From: Planctomycetota bacterium
Lineage (GTDB): Bacteria; Planctomycetota; B15-G4
NCBI GenBank assembly: GCA_029259725.1
Contig: JAJDER010000013.1
Location: forward strand, 8,623 to 72,622
Direction of reading: 5' to 3'
Length of the DNA: 64,000 bases
A model generated the notes under the pieces. It searched no databases. It was not told where the DNA came from and worked only from the letters and a program-made list of their open reading frames with translations. How positions within the stretch are numbered: position 1 is the stretch's first letter; each line of letters begins with the position of its first letter. A program made the position numbers and the translations under genes. Shown here in pieces: positions 1 through 8,518 of this stretch.

Positions 1-305
1 TTGGAGGCTTGGACTTCGGTGTCTACGGGACCGGGGCTCCGGGCCTGAGCCTGGGCTTGCTGCTCGTCGGCCGCCCGCTTCCCCTCCCCCTCGTCGCGCA
101 AGGTGTGTCCGTCTGGGTCGACCCGACGCAGCCGATCGTTTTGTCCGTCTGGAGCGATGAAGCCGGCTACGCAGAGCTGCCGCTGCCGCTCGCCGACGAC
201 CCGCGCCTGCTGGACCTCGAGGCCGTCGCGCAACTGTTCTGGCCGGAGGCCTGTGGCCGCGGTCTCGTGGCCACGGCCGCCCTGCGGATCCGCGTCCAGC
301 CCTGA
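1..305 (+). CDS. 3' fragment of a gene cut by the window edge; putative secreted-protein tail (divergent copy of the recurrent C-terminal module)
   Basis: The frame is open from the window edge (codon phase of nt 3) to TGA 303-305. The tail ..LPLPLADDPRLLDLEAVAQLFWPE..ATAALRIRVQP resembles the C-terminus of 11339-12907 (..VPNNPGLVGLVVYFQAVHF..SNGIEFTICN). The 'start' at nt 9 in the ORF track is only the first alternative start codon. Confidence 0.45.
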   Translation, partial: GGLDFGVYGTGAPGLSLGLLLVGRPLPLPLVAQGVSVWVDPTQPIVLSVWSDEAGYAELPLPLADDPRLLDLEAVAQLFWPEACGRGLVATAALRIRVQP

Positions 306-360
306 ACGCGCCGGGCGTTGCGCGGTTGGGTTGGCCGCACCCGTGCGCGCTCTGACCGCC

Positions 361-1668
361 TCACCCGCCGGCCACGACCCCCGCCGCCACGGCGCCCCCA
401 ACCACGATCACGGTCAGCGCGATCTTCCACCAGCTGTACGGCGCCTTGCCGACCACGCGACCGGTCTGCCCGTGCACGAGCACCGTGTAGGTCTTCTCGC
501 GGTACCTGTAGGCCAGCGACCAGATCGGCAGCAGCACGTGCTTCCAGTGCACGTCCGAGATCTGGTTGCGCACGGCGAGGCTGCGCTGCGTGTCGCCGGG
601 CACGTCGCCCGAGCAACGGCTGCGCTGCTGTTGCTCGATGCGCGCCTGGCCGCCCACCCAGCCCTGCTCGAGGTCCACCTGGTACTCCTCGGCGCGCCAG
701 CCGGCCAGGTAGTGCGGGCGGTAGGGCACCAGGCCCGAGGTGTCGAAGCTCCCGAGCTTCTGCAGCAGGTCCGCGTCGAGCCCCTTGCTGGCGGGCACGA
801 GCAGATCGTCGTAGACGTCGTCGCGCTCGCCCCAGGCGGGGACCCAGCGCACCTTCCGCACCCGGCGCGTGCGCGTGACCATGCGCCCGTTCACCCGGGT
901 GATGTAGGTCTGGTTGACGTAGTAGTAGTACCCGGCGTCGGCGGTCCAGTCGCTGTGCACGCTCGCGTCGAAGGTCCAGTAGGGCACGTAGACGCCCACC
1001 GAATCGAAGCGCTTGGTGTCCTTGAGGTCGTTCGGCCGGAACCAGAGTCCGCCGATCCACTTGGCGAACGCGGTCTCCACGCCGCCCTTGCCGATGTCCA
1101 GCGGGATCAGGGACTCGGGGCGGATCGCGTTGCGGTTGGCCTCCTGGCTGAGCACCGACGAGCTGCCGCAGTAGACGCAGCTCTTCGCGGTGGTCACCTC
1201 CTCGTGGGCGACGCGCGCGCCGCAGGTGTCGCACTGGAGCACGCGCAGGTCCACGCCCAGTCCGCGCGCGGCGGTGCCGGCCTCCGACAGCGGGCGCTCC
1301 AGGATCGTGCCCTCGCCCCGGTCGACGGCGCGCACGTGGCCGCAGTATTGACAGTGCATGGCGTCCTCGTCGGGATGCCACCGCATGCGCGCGCCGCAGT
1401 TGTCGCAGGGGAAGACCTCGCGGTCGCTCTCCTCGCGCATCAGCGCGTCGACCTCGGGGTTCTCGTCGAGGATCTCGGCCACGGCCGCGTCGCCCTTCAA
1501 GCGGGGCGCGTCGAGGGGCTCGTCCACGAACCCGCCAGCGCCGTGGCCGGTGTCCGCCGTGCCCTGCTCCGTCTCGCCGAGCATGCCGGGCGACGCGGAT
1601 CCCGTGCTCGACGGGCCGGTCTCGCGGCGCGGATCTCCCTCCGGCGTGTGGCTGATGATGTCGGCCAT
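361..1668 (-). CDS. Double zinc-ribbon protein with C-terminal membrane anchor (uncharacterised family)
   Basis: 435 aa. ATG 1668 is preceded by GGGAG. Two CxxC-x14-CxxC ribbons (CDNC..CQYC, CDTC..CVYC). C-terminal TM segment WWKIALTVIVVGGAVAAGVVAGG. Protein-like composition, unlike the overlapping Arg/Ala-rich ORFs 103-1851 and 167-1381. Confidence 0.75.
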   Translation of the reverse strand: MADIISHTPEGDPRRETGPSSTGSASPGMLGETEQGTADTGHGAGGFVDEPLDAPRLKGDAAVAEILDENPEVDALMREESDREVFPCDNCGARMRWHPDEDAMHCQYCGHVRAVDRGEGTILERPLSEAGTAARGLGVDLRVLQCDTCGARVAHEEVTTAKSCVYCGSSSVLSQEANRNAIRPESLIPLDIGKGGVETAFAKWIGGLWFRPNDLKDTKRFDSVGVYVPYWTFDASVHSDWTADAGYYYYVNQTYITRVNGRMVTRTRRVRKVRWVPAWGERDDVYDDLLVPASKGLDADLLQKLGSFDTSGLVPYRPHYLAGWRAEEYQVDLEQGWVGGQARIEQQQRSRCSGDVPGDTQRSLAVRNQISDVHWKHVLLPIWSLAYRYREKTYTVLVHGQTGRVVGKAPYSWWKIALTVIVVGGAVAAGVVAGG

Positions 1669-1945
1669 CGCTCCCGTTGCTTATCCTGTCCCGGCCGGCG
1701 ATGGAAGCCGGCGCGTCGTTTTCCCACCGATGCGGGTCCTCGGAGCACTCGGGCAGTCACGCTCCGATCCCCGTTCCCGATCGGCCACCGCTCGCGGTGC
1801 GTCGATGGTTGGGCGGCGAGGCGCCGGGCTTGCAGGCCGCGTCGGACGTGAAGAGCATTCCAGGCAACAGGACACCGGGGCGACATCCTGCTCCGCGCCG
1901 CAGGCACATCTGCGCGCGGGGCCCACACTCGTCGGAGGAGAACTC

Positions 1946-3076
1946 ATGGGCGTGATGGACTGGTTCAAGCGCGGCGTCGGCGAGATGATGGTCGCGCGCC
2001 CGGACGAGGCGAAGTCGCAGGTCGTCTGGAAGCACCCTGACTCGACCATCCCGATGAAGTCGCAGCTCACGGTCGAGGCCGACGAGCTCGCGGTGTTCTT
2101 CCGCGACGGCAAGGTGGTGCAGACGCTCGGCCCCGGCCGCCACACCCTCGACAGCAGCAACCTGCCCTTCCTCTCCGAGCTGGTGGACTCCTTCACCGGC
2201 GGCAACGTGTTCATCGCCGAGGTGTTCTTCGTGAACACGCGCGAGCACACGGGTCTGAAGTTCGGCGGCCGCGTGGGTCACGTCGAGGACCCCAAGAGCG
2301 GCATGCCGGTCGAGACCATGGTCCACGGCGAGTTCGCCTTCAAGGTGGACGACCCCGAGGAGCTGATCGTCGGCCTGGTGGGCATGGGCCGCGCCGAGGC
2401 CTTCCAGGTGCGCAGCTGGATGAAGGAGCAGGTGCTGAAAGTCATCCGCGACCGCATCGCCGAGTTGCTGGTGAAGAACAAGTGGCCGCTGCTGGACGTG
2501 ACCTCTGGCGCCTACACCGAGGAGATCGAGGCCGACGTGCTGGCGGGCGTGGGCAGGCACGTCGACGGCTACGGGGTGCGCATCCCGCGGCTGGGCAACT
2601 TCGTCATCGCCATCGACGAGGAGGACGCCGACAACCTCAAGAAGCTCTACACCGACGCGGCCTACCTGCGCACGGTCGGTGGCGTGGGCGCCTACCAGCA
2701 GTTCGCGGCGGGCAAGGCGCTCATGGGTGCCGGTGAAGGCATGGCCAAGGGCGGCGGTGGTGGCGGCGGCGAGGGCGGCAGCGGTGCCCAGGGCGGCCTG
2801 ATGGGCGGCGCGGGGCTCGGCGTCGGCTTCGGCCTGGCGCAGATGCTGGTGCAGGACCGGAGCGGCGGGCAGACCCTCGCACCGGCGGCGCCGGGCGTGC
2901 AGTGTCCCAAGTGCATGGCTTCGGTGTCGGCCGGCCGCTTCTGCGGCGCGTGCGGCGAGGAGCTGGCCATCAAGAAGGAGGAGGCGGCGACGGCGGCGGC
3001 GTACTGCACCGGCTGCGGCAGCCCCATGGCGGCCGACGCGAAGTTCTGCGGCCAGTGCGGGTCCAAGGCCGACTGA
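1946..3076 (+). CDS. SPFH/band-7 domain protein with C-terminal zinc ribbons (COG4260 / B. subtilis YdjI-like architecture)
   Basis: ATG 1946 has GGAGGAG 6 nt upstream; the 5' extension of ORF 1358-3076 is Arg/Ser-rich junk. SPFH-like body (VFFRDGKVVQTLGPGRHTLDSSNLPFL, GVRIPRLGNFVIAIDEED), poly-Gly linker (GGGGGGGEGG) and two terminal ribbons (CPKC..CGAC, CTGC..CGQC). Confidence 0.85.
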   Translation: MGVMDWFKRGVGEMMVARPDEAKSQVVWKHPDSTIPMKSQLTVEADELAVFFRDGKVVQTLGPGRHTLDSSNLPFLSELVDSFTGGNVFIAEVFFVNTREHTGLKFGGRVGHVEDPKSGMPVETMVHGEFAFKVDDPEELIVGLVGMGRAEAFQVRSWMKEQVLKVIRDRIAELLVKNKWPLLDVTSGAYTEEIEADVLAGVGRHVDGYGVRIPRLGNFVIAIDEEDADNLKKLYTDAAYLRTVGGVGAYQQFAAGKALMGAGEGMAKGGGGGGGEGGSGAQGGLMGGAGLGVGFGLAQMLVQDRSGGQTLAPAAPGVQCPKCMASVSAGRFCGACGEELAIKKEEAATAAAYCTGCGSPMAADAKFCGQCGSKAD

Positions 3077-3077
3077 G

Positions 3078-3698
3078 TTGACCGACCACCGAGCCTGCCC
3101 GGACTGCGGCGCGGTACCGAAGACCCTCGACGCGCGCTTCTGCGAGTTCTGCGGCACCGAACGGCCGCGCCCGGAAGCGTCGACGGCGGTCGTGGTCGGG
3201 CCGCACGGTGATCTGCCCGCGCGGTTCGCGGCGCTGCAGCGTCACGCCGAGCAGCCAGAGCTGATGCAGCACACGCCGGATGCCTCGAAGGCGCTGACGA
3301 AGCCCGGCTGCGCGCTCGCGGGAATGGTGCCGTTCGCCGTCGTGTCGGGGATCATGACCGTGGCGTTCCTCAACACGGCCCCGGGCCCGCTGGCGATCGT
3401 CCCCGGTGCCATGTTCCTGTTCGGGATCGCGATGGTGATCAAGCAGATGCGCTACATGAAGCGCGTGAACAGCGCGCCGCTGGAACGGCTTCCTTCCCTC
3501 GTCGTCGGGGAACGCACCGAGGTCACCGGCGGCGAGCACGCGACCACGACGTACTACCTCACGCTGCAGACCGAGGACGGCGCGCGCCGCGAGCTGAAGG
3601 TGGACGGCGCGACCGTCGGACGTCTCGGGCAGGGCGACCTCGGGCTGGCGTACCTGAAGCACGACCTGCTGCTGGACTTCGTGCGCGTCGACGTGTGA
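3078..3698 (+). CDS. Zinc-ribbon / two-TM protein with DUF2500-like C-terminal beta domain
   Basis: TTG 3078 lies 1 nt after the SPFH stop (TGA 3074-3076). N-terminal CPDC..CEFC ribbon. Two hydrophobic helices (MVPFAVVSGIMTVAFL, IVPGAMFLFGIAMVI). The C-terminus TTYYLTLQTEDGARRELKVDG..GDLGLAYLKHDLLLDF recalls DUF2500 (from memory, unverified). Confidence 0.7.
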   Translation: MTDHRACPDCGAVPKTLDARFCEFCGTERPRPEASTAVVVGPHGDLPARFAALQRHAEQPELMQHTPDASKALTKPGCALAGMVPFAVVSGIMTVAFLNTAPGPLAIVPGAMFLFGIAMVIKQMRYMKRVNSAPLERLPSLVVGERTEVTGGEHATTTYYLTLQTEDGARRELKVDGATVGRLGQGDLGLAYLKHDLLLDFVRVDV

Positions 3699-3905
3699 GC
3701 TGGGGCCGATCGGCTCTGGCATCCGTCGCGGCGCTGTGGCACGGCATCGCTCTGCTTCGGCCTTCGCCTCACGGCTGCGCCCCGCTGTAGGCACGTGACC
3801 GGCGGGGCGTCGGCGCCCGGATCGCGGAATCGAGGTCCACGGCAGCGCTCGCGCCGGTAACCTCTGCGAGCCGGCAGGATTCCCCCGCCAACCCAGGAGA
3901 TGGGC

Positions 3906-4559
3906 ATGCCTCCCTTCAGCGGACTCGCCCGCGTCGTGGTCACGCCCGACGCCTCCGACCCCAGCGCGACCGTCTCGGTCACGCTCACGTCCAGCGCCGG
4001 CTCGACGCAGAAGGACTTCACGGCGCGCGTGGACGGCACGCCCACCGGCCCGAGCAAGCTCAACCTGAGCGCGCCCTACACGAGCGGGTCGCCCTTCGGC
4101 GTCACGCTGACGTTCCTCGACGGAACCACGTCGCAGACCCTGGACCTCGCGCTGGACGGTTCGCAGACCACCGGTGGCCAGGTCTCGGCCCTGCTCACGT
4201 TCGCGGAGGAGGAGGACCCGGGCGGCCCCGCGCGCGAGCAGATGACGCTCAACACGGACATGGACTTCGGCACCGACGGCAACGTGACGCTGGTCATCCA
4301 CATGACGCCGCTCGAGCAGAGCGCCGACGTCACCTCCATCGGGGTCACCACGAACATCGACGGGGGCGCGGCATCGGAGGCCTCCTGGAGCTCGTACACC
4401 GGCAAGACCGACTGGACCGGGGCGGACAGCGTGCACGTCGTCCTCGAGTACACCGAACTCAACGGCGGCCAGAGCCAGAGCATGAACGGCGACATGGTCA
4501 TCTCGGGCCTGGCCGCCTCCACCGCCGGCATCGGCGACATCACCACGAGCGGGAGCTGA
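3906..4559 (+). CDS. Orphan Thr/Ser/Gly/Asp-rich beta-type protein, paralogue A of a tandem pair; no signal peptide
   Basis: ATG 3906 has AGGAG 6 nt upstream (ATG 3900 is also possible). 217 aa. Shares blocks with the next gene (SAGSTQKDFT/TAGSTQNDVT; LNTDMDFGTDGNVTLVIHMTPLEQ/FNTSMDFQADGNVLVTIDLQPLEEQ; GLAASTAGIGDITTSG/GLAAQTIRSATITASG). No family recognised. Confidence 0.6.
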   Translation: MPPFSGLARVVVTPDASDPSATVSVTLTSSAGSTQKDFTARVDGTPTGPSKLNLSAPYTSGSPFGVTLTFLDGTTSQTLDLALDGSQTTGGQVSALLTFAEEEDPGGPAREQMTLNTDMDFGTDGNVTLVIHMTPLEQSADVTSIGVTTNIDGGAASEASWSSYTGKTDWTGADSVHVVLEYTELNGGQSQSMNGDMVISGLAASTAGIGDITTSGS

Positions 4560-4563
4560 GCAC

Positions 4564-5211
4564 ATGCCTACCGAATACAGCGAGAACGTCACCGCCGAGG
4601 TGATCATCAACGAACCACTGGGCGGGCCGCAGGGCATCGCCTTCACCTTCCCGCAGACCGCCGGCAGCACGCAGAACGACGTGACCGGGGCCATCGCGAC
4701 CAGCCCGATCCGGCCGACGGAGATCTCCGGGCGCTCGCCCTACACGCTGAACCAGGAGTTCACCCTCCATCTCGGCTACGAGATCGGCGGGGCCCCGGTG
4801 GCGGGGAGCTGCAGCGTCACGCCGGTCAGGACCGGGGTGCTTCCCGGCACGATCATGATCGACGACTCGCGGCGCGAGGTGAAGACCTTCAACACCTCCA
4901 TGGACTTCCAGGCCGACGGCAACGTGCTCGTCACGATCGACCTGCAGCCGCTGGAGGAGCAGCAATTCGTCACGCTGATCGTGGTCAAGGCGCAGGTCGG
5001 CTCGGGCTCGGAGACGGGTCTGGCGCTGACCGGCCTGGCGGGCAACATCGACTGGGATGGCTCGCCCTCGCTCGAGGCCTCGATCGCCTACATGGAGTCT
5101 CGCACCGGCCTGAGCGGGCAGATCCATCTGACGGGGCAGGTCACGGTCACCGGGCTCGCCGCACAGACGATCCGCTCGGCGACGATCACTGCCAGCGGGT
5201 ACGCGGAGTGA
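4564..5211 (+). CDS. Orphan beta-type protein, paralogue B of the tandem pair
   Basis: ATG 4564 lies 4 nt after the stop of paralogue A, with GGGAG 8 nt upstream. 215 aa. Collinear similarity to 3906-4559. Both start with Met-Pro. Confidence 0.6.
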   Translation: MPTEYSENVTAEVIINEPLGGPQGIAFTFPQTAGSTQNDVTGAIATSPIRPTEISGRSPYTLNQEFTLHLGYEIGGAPVAGSCSVTPVRTGVLPGTIMIDDSRREVKTFNTSMDFQADGNVLVTIDLQPLEEQQFVTLIVVKAQVGSGSETGLALTGLAGNIDWDGSPSLEASIAYMESRTGLSGQIHLTGQVTVTGLAAQTIRSATITASGYAE

Positions 5212-5224
5212 GCGACCGGGGCCG

Positions 5225-8200
5225 TCAGCGCGCGAGTCCGTCGTAGACGAACGCGGCCCAGGCGTAGGGGTGGGCGGTGGTGCGCTCGGGGTCGCCGCGA
5301 CGTGACCGGTCTCCGAGTCCGCCGCCGCGCTCGTCCACCTCGGCCAGGGCTTCGTCGCCGCGTAGCAGGGACAGGCGCGCGCGACGCAGGGCCTCGGCCG
5401 GGGGGCGGCCTTCGGTCAGCAGGCCGCGATAGAACACCGCCATGAGCTCGGCGGTGGCCAGGTCGTCCACGCGCCAGAGGCTGGCGATCACCGCGCGCGA
5501 GCCGGCGTGCAGGAAGGCGCGGGCCAACGACTGCACGCCCTCGGCGCGCTGCAACTCGCCGCGCGCGGTCTCGCAGGCCGAGAGCACGGTCAGGTCGGCG
5601 TCCAGGTCCAGTTCCAGCAGGTCGGCCAGGGGGACGAAGCCGTCGTCGTCGCCCTCGGGCGACAGCACGAGCCCGGAGCGACGCGCGTCCTCGGCGTCCA
5701 GCAGGGCGTGGGTCGCGAAGTGCAGGATGCGGTGGCGGCGCAGGTCCCCGGACAGGGCGGAGGGGCTGGCGTCGGCGCCGATGCGCAGGTCGAGGCGTTC
5801 GTCCACGAACGCGCCGCTGCGTACCTCGTCGTCCAGCGCCTCGATGCCCAGGTCGCGGGCGATGGCGCGCGCCTCGGTGCGCGTGCCGAACAGCCGAGGC
5901 AGCCGGCCCAGGTCCACGGTGGTGCGTTGGGCGGCCACGTGCGCGGGCAGCTCCACCTCGGAGATGTAGGTCGGGTCCGCCAGCACCAGCGCCGAACCGT
6001 CGCCGGCCCGTGGCGGCGTCGCGGCCAGCAGCGCGAGCACCGAAGACGACGGCCCGTACACGACGAGGTGCCGCTCCAGGACGAAGGTCAGCTGGTCGAA
6101 GCGCGTGGGCTTCGCGACGGAGGATTCGACCACCAGCGCGTCGAAGGACAGGCCGGCCAGCAGCGGGCAGGGCACGAGCACCAGCGGTCCGTCCTCGGCG
6201 AGCGGCGCGCCGTCGACCCCGAGGACCGGGCGCAGCAACAGCTCGTACAGCGCACGGCCCTGGGCGGCGACGTCCGCCACGTCGGACAGCGCGGCTCGGT
6301 CCGCCAGTCCGGCCACGAAGGCGTCGACCAGCTCGCCGATCTCCGCGCGGTCCCCCAGCGCGTGCCGCTCGATGCCGTCCGGCGAGATCACGTACGCGCC
6401 GAGACCGTGCTTGCCCTCCACGAACTCCACCAGTCGACCGCGCCTCCGGAGCACCGCGTCCACGAGCTGCTCCGGCGTGGGCGCACGGGGGACGTCCAGC
6501 ACAGCCTCGCGCGGTGCACGTTCGGCCAGCTCGGCCTGCAGCCCGGCCCGACGCGCGGCGAGGTCGTCCACCTCGTCGCGCAGCCGCGAGGCCTCGTCGC
6601 CCACCGCGTCGTCACGTACCGCGACCGCCAGCTGCTGCCGTGCGCCCTGGAGCGCGTTCTCGACATCGCGCAGATCCCGGCGCAACGGGGCGACGTCCGC
6701 CGAGCGCCCACCCGAGCGGTGCTCGGCGATGCCCGCCAGCAACGCCTGGCCCTTCCAGAGATCGGCGCGCGCGAAGCCTGCCCGGGCAGCGGCGTCGCGC
6801 GTCGCCGGATCGCGCGCCGCCGCCACGCGCCGCGCGGCCAGGTCCTGCGCGAACTCGCCGCACTCCGCCAGCGCCTTGACGGAGCGCAGCTGCGCCAGCG
6901 TCTCGGTCGGCAGGCCCAGCAGGGCTTCCGCGCGCAGGTGCTCCTCGGCGCGCACCAGCGACGATTCCGCGGTGGGCAGATCCCCGAGCTCCAGGGAGGC
7001 CTCGACGTGGACCAGCAGCGGGTAGAGCTCGGCGCGCCAGTCCCCGGTGACGCGCGCGGCCGCCATCGCTTCGGTGGCCCGAGCCTGCGCGGTCTCTGCG
7101 TCGCCAAGGCGCAGATGCAGGTCGGCCAGGTTGCTCGCCAGGCTCGCATCGTGCTCGGCGCCCACATCCTGCGCCAGCTCCTGCATCGAGGTGCCGAGAT
7201 CGAGCGCGCGAGCGAAGTCGCCGGCGTCGTACGCGAGCATGAACAGGCCTTGTCGGGCCTTGAACTCCACCTCGCCGGAACCGACGGACCGCGCCAGCTC
7301 CAGCGCGCGTTCGTAGCTCGCCCGGGCCGGCGCCGGATCGGTGTCCCGGCGCCCCGCGTTGCCCAGCTCCACGAGCAGCTCGGCGCGGAACGCCGGTTCG
7401 AAGTCCTCGGGCAGCAGGGCCAGCGCCTGCGCCAGGGCGGCCGCGCCGTCGGTGCGCTCGCCGAGCTGGATGAGCAGGCTGCCCAGGTTGCCGAGGGCCG
7501 TGGCCTCGACGCGCAGGTCTCCGATCTCGCGGGCCAGGGCGAGGCAGGCGTCGTAGCTGGCGAGCGCGTCGCCGTAGCGTCCACGCGTCACCTCGATGTT
7601 GCCGAGTTGACCGAGCGCGGCCGCCTTCAGCTCGGGTAGCGGGGCGGCGTCCAGCGCCCGCTCGTACAACCGCTCGGCTTCGAAGAAGTGTGCGCAGGAC
7701 TGCTCGAACTGCCCGGCCGCCAGCAGCGCGCTCGTGGTGGCGCCCGGCTCCTCCACCTGCTCGGCCAGCGCCAGTGCCGCCTCGTGCCCCGCGCGCGCGG
7801 CCGCGATGTCCCCGCGCGCGGCGTCGAGGCGCGCGAGCTGCGACAGGTTGGCGATCCGGTTGCGGTCGTCGCCGGCGGCGAGCATGAGCTCCTGCGCGAC
7901 GAGATACCAGGCGCGGGCATCGTCCAGGCGACCCAGCGCGCGGTAGGCGTCGCCCAGGCGTGAGGCGCCCAGCAGGCGCAGCTGTGCGTGGCCGAGCTGT
8001 TCGGACTCGGCCAGCCCCTGCTCCAGCAGCGCGATCGCCGCGTCCAGCTCGCCGTCGCGCGAGAGCACCGAGCCGAGGTAGACGTGTCCGGCCGCGAGGA
8101 TCACCGGGTGGCCCAGCTCGTCGGCCAACGGCTGGAGCCTCTCGAAGCACTGTCGTGCCGGCGCGAACAGGCGCGCGTTGAAGAAGACCTGCCCCGCGTT

Positions 8201-8386
8201 GAAGTAGCCCAGGGCGGCATTCTGGACGTCACCCTGCTCGGCGGCCGTCCGGGCCTGCTCCATCAGCGCGCGGCCCTGGGCCTCCGGGTCGTCCTGCGCC
8301 ACGGCCCCGCCGACCGCGAGGAGCACGGCGAGCGCGAGCGGCTGGAGCGGGGCGGCGACGTCGGCGAGGACTGGCCGGGGCGACAT
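5225..8386 (-). CDS. Secreted TPR-repeat / coiled-coil / CHAT-domain (caspase-like clan CD) protein
   Basis: ATG 8386 (MSPRPVLADVAAPLQPLALAVLLAVGGAVA|QDD, a signal-peptide-like N-terminus). About 600 aa of TPR-like helical repeats. C-terminal CHAT with a His/Cys dyad context (ILHFATHALLD ... LTVLSACETARG) and the typical end HPYAWAAFVYDG. Upstream of 8386, the 2535-aa ORF 5225-12832 is antisense shadow. Confidence 0.85.
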   Translation of the reverse strand: MSPRPVLADVAAPLQPLALAVLLAVGGAVAQDDPEAQGRALMEQARTAAEQGDVQNAALGYFNAGQVFFNARLFAPARQCFERLQPLADELGHPVILAAGHVYLGSVLSRDGELDAAIALLEQGLAESEQLGHAQLRLLGASRLGDAYRALGRLDDARAWYLVAQELMLAAGDDRNRIANLSQLARLDAARGDIAAARAGHEAALALAEQVEEPGATTSALLAAGQFEQSCAHFFEAERLYERALDAAPLPELKAAALGQLGNIEVTRGRYGDALASYDACLALAREIGDLRVEATALGNLGSLLIQLGERTDGAAALAQALALLPEDFEPAFRAELLVELGNAGRRDTDPAPARASYERALELARSVGSGEVEFKARQGLFMLAYDAGDFARALDLGTSMQELAQDVGAEHDASLASNLADLHLRLGDAETAQARATEAMAAARVTGDWRAELYPLLVHVEASLELGDLPTAESSLVRAEEHLRAEALLGLPTETLAQLRSVKALAECGEFAQDLAARRVAAARDPATRDAAARAGFARADLWKGQALLAGIAEHRSGGRSADVAPLRRDLRDVENALQGARQQLAVAVRDDAVGDEASRLRDEVDDLAARRAGLQAELAERAPREAVLDVPRAPTPEQLVDAVLRRRGRLVEFVEGKHGLGAYVISPDGIERHALGDRAEIGELVDAFVAGLADRAALSDVADVAAQGRALYELLLRPVLGVDGAPLAEDGPLVLVPCPLLAGLSFDALVVESSVAKPTRFDQLTFVLERHLVVYGPSSSVLALLAATPPRAGDGSALVLADPTYISEVELPAHVAAQRTTVDLGRLPRLFGTRTEARAIARDLGIEALDDEVRSGAFVDERLDLRIGADASPSALSGDLRRHRILHFATHALLDAEDARRSGLVLSPEGDDDGFVPLADLLELDLDADLTVLSACETARGELQRAEGVQSLARAFLHAGSRAVIASLWRVDDLATAELMAVFYRGLLTEGRPPAEALRRARLSLLRGDEALAEVDERGGGLGDRSRRGDPERTTAHPYAWAAFVYDGLAR

Positions 8387-8518
8387 GCAGGCTCCGTCAC
8401 GGGGACACGTCGGCAGGGAGTATGCCAGAGGGGCAGCGGACTCCGCAGTCGAGGTGAAGGCCGGCGCGCTATCATCCGGCGCCCGCGACGGCCGCGGGTC
8501 GCGAAGGCGGGAGGCGCG

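Noticed and set aside
5225-8386. TPR-CHAT proteins as type III-E CRISPR Craspase (Csx29-like) components; this also applies to 33263-36337
   Set aside because: There is no gRAMP/cas7-11, no CRISPR array and no Csx30/31-like neighbours. Both proteins have signal-peptide-like N-termini, which is incompatible with a cytoplasmic CRISPR effector role.
3906-8386. A bacterial gasdermin + caspase-like protease system (two ~217-aa proteins next to CHAT)
   Set aside because: The genes are convergent rather than co-oriented, the CHAT protein looks exported, and the small proteins are Thr/Ser/Gly-rich with no N-terminal Cys or other gasdermin-like feature that I can recognise. I keep it only as a hypothesis to exclude by fold prediction.
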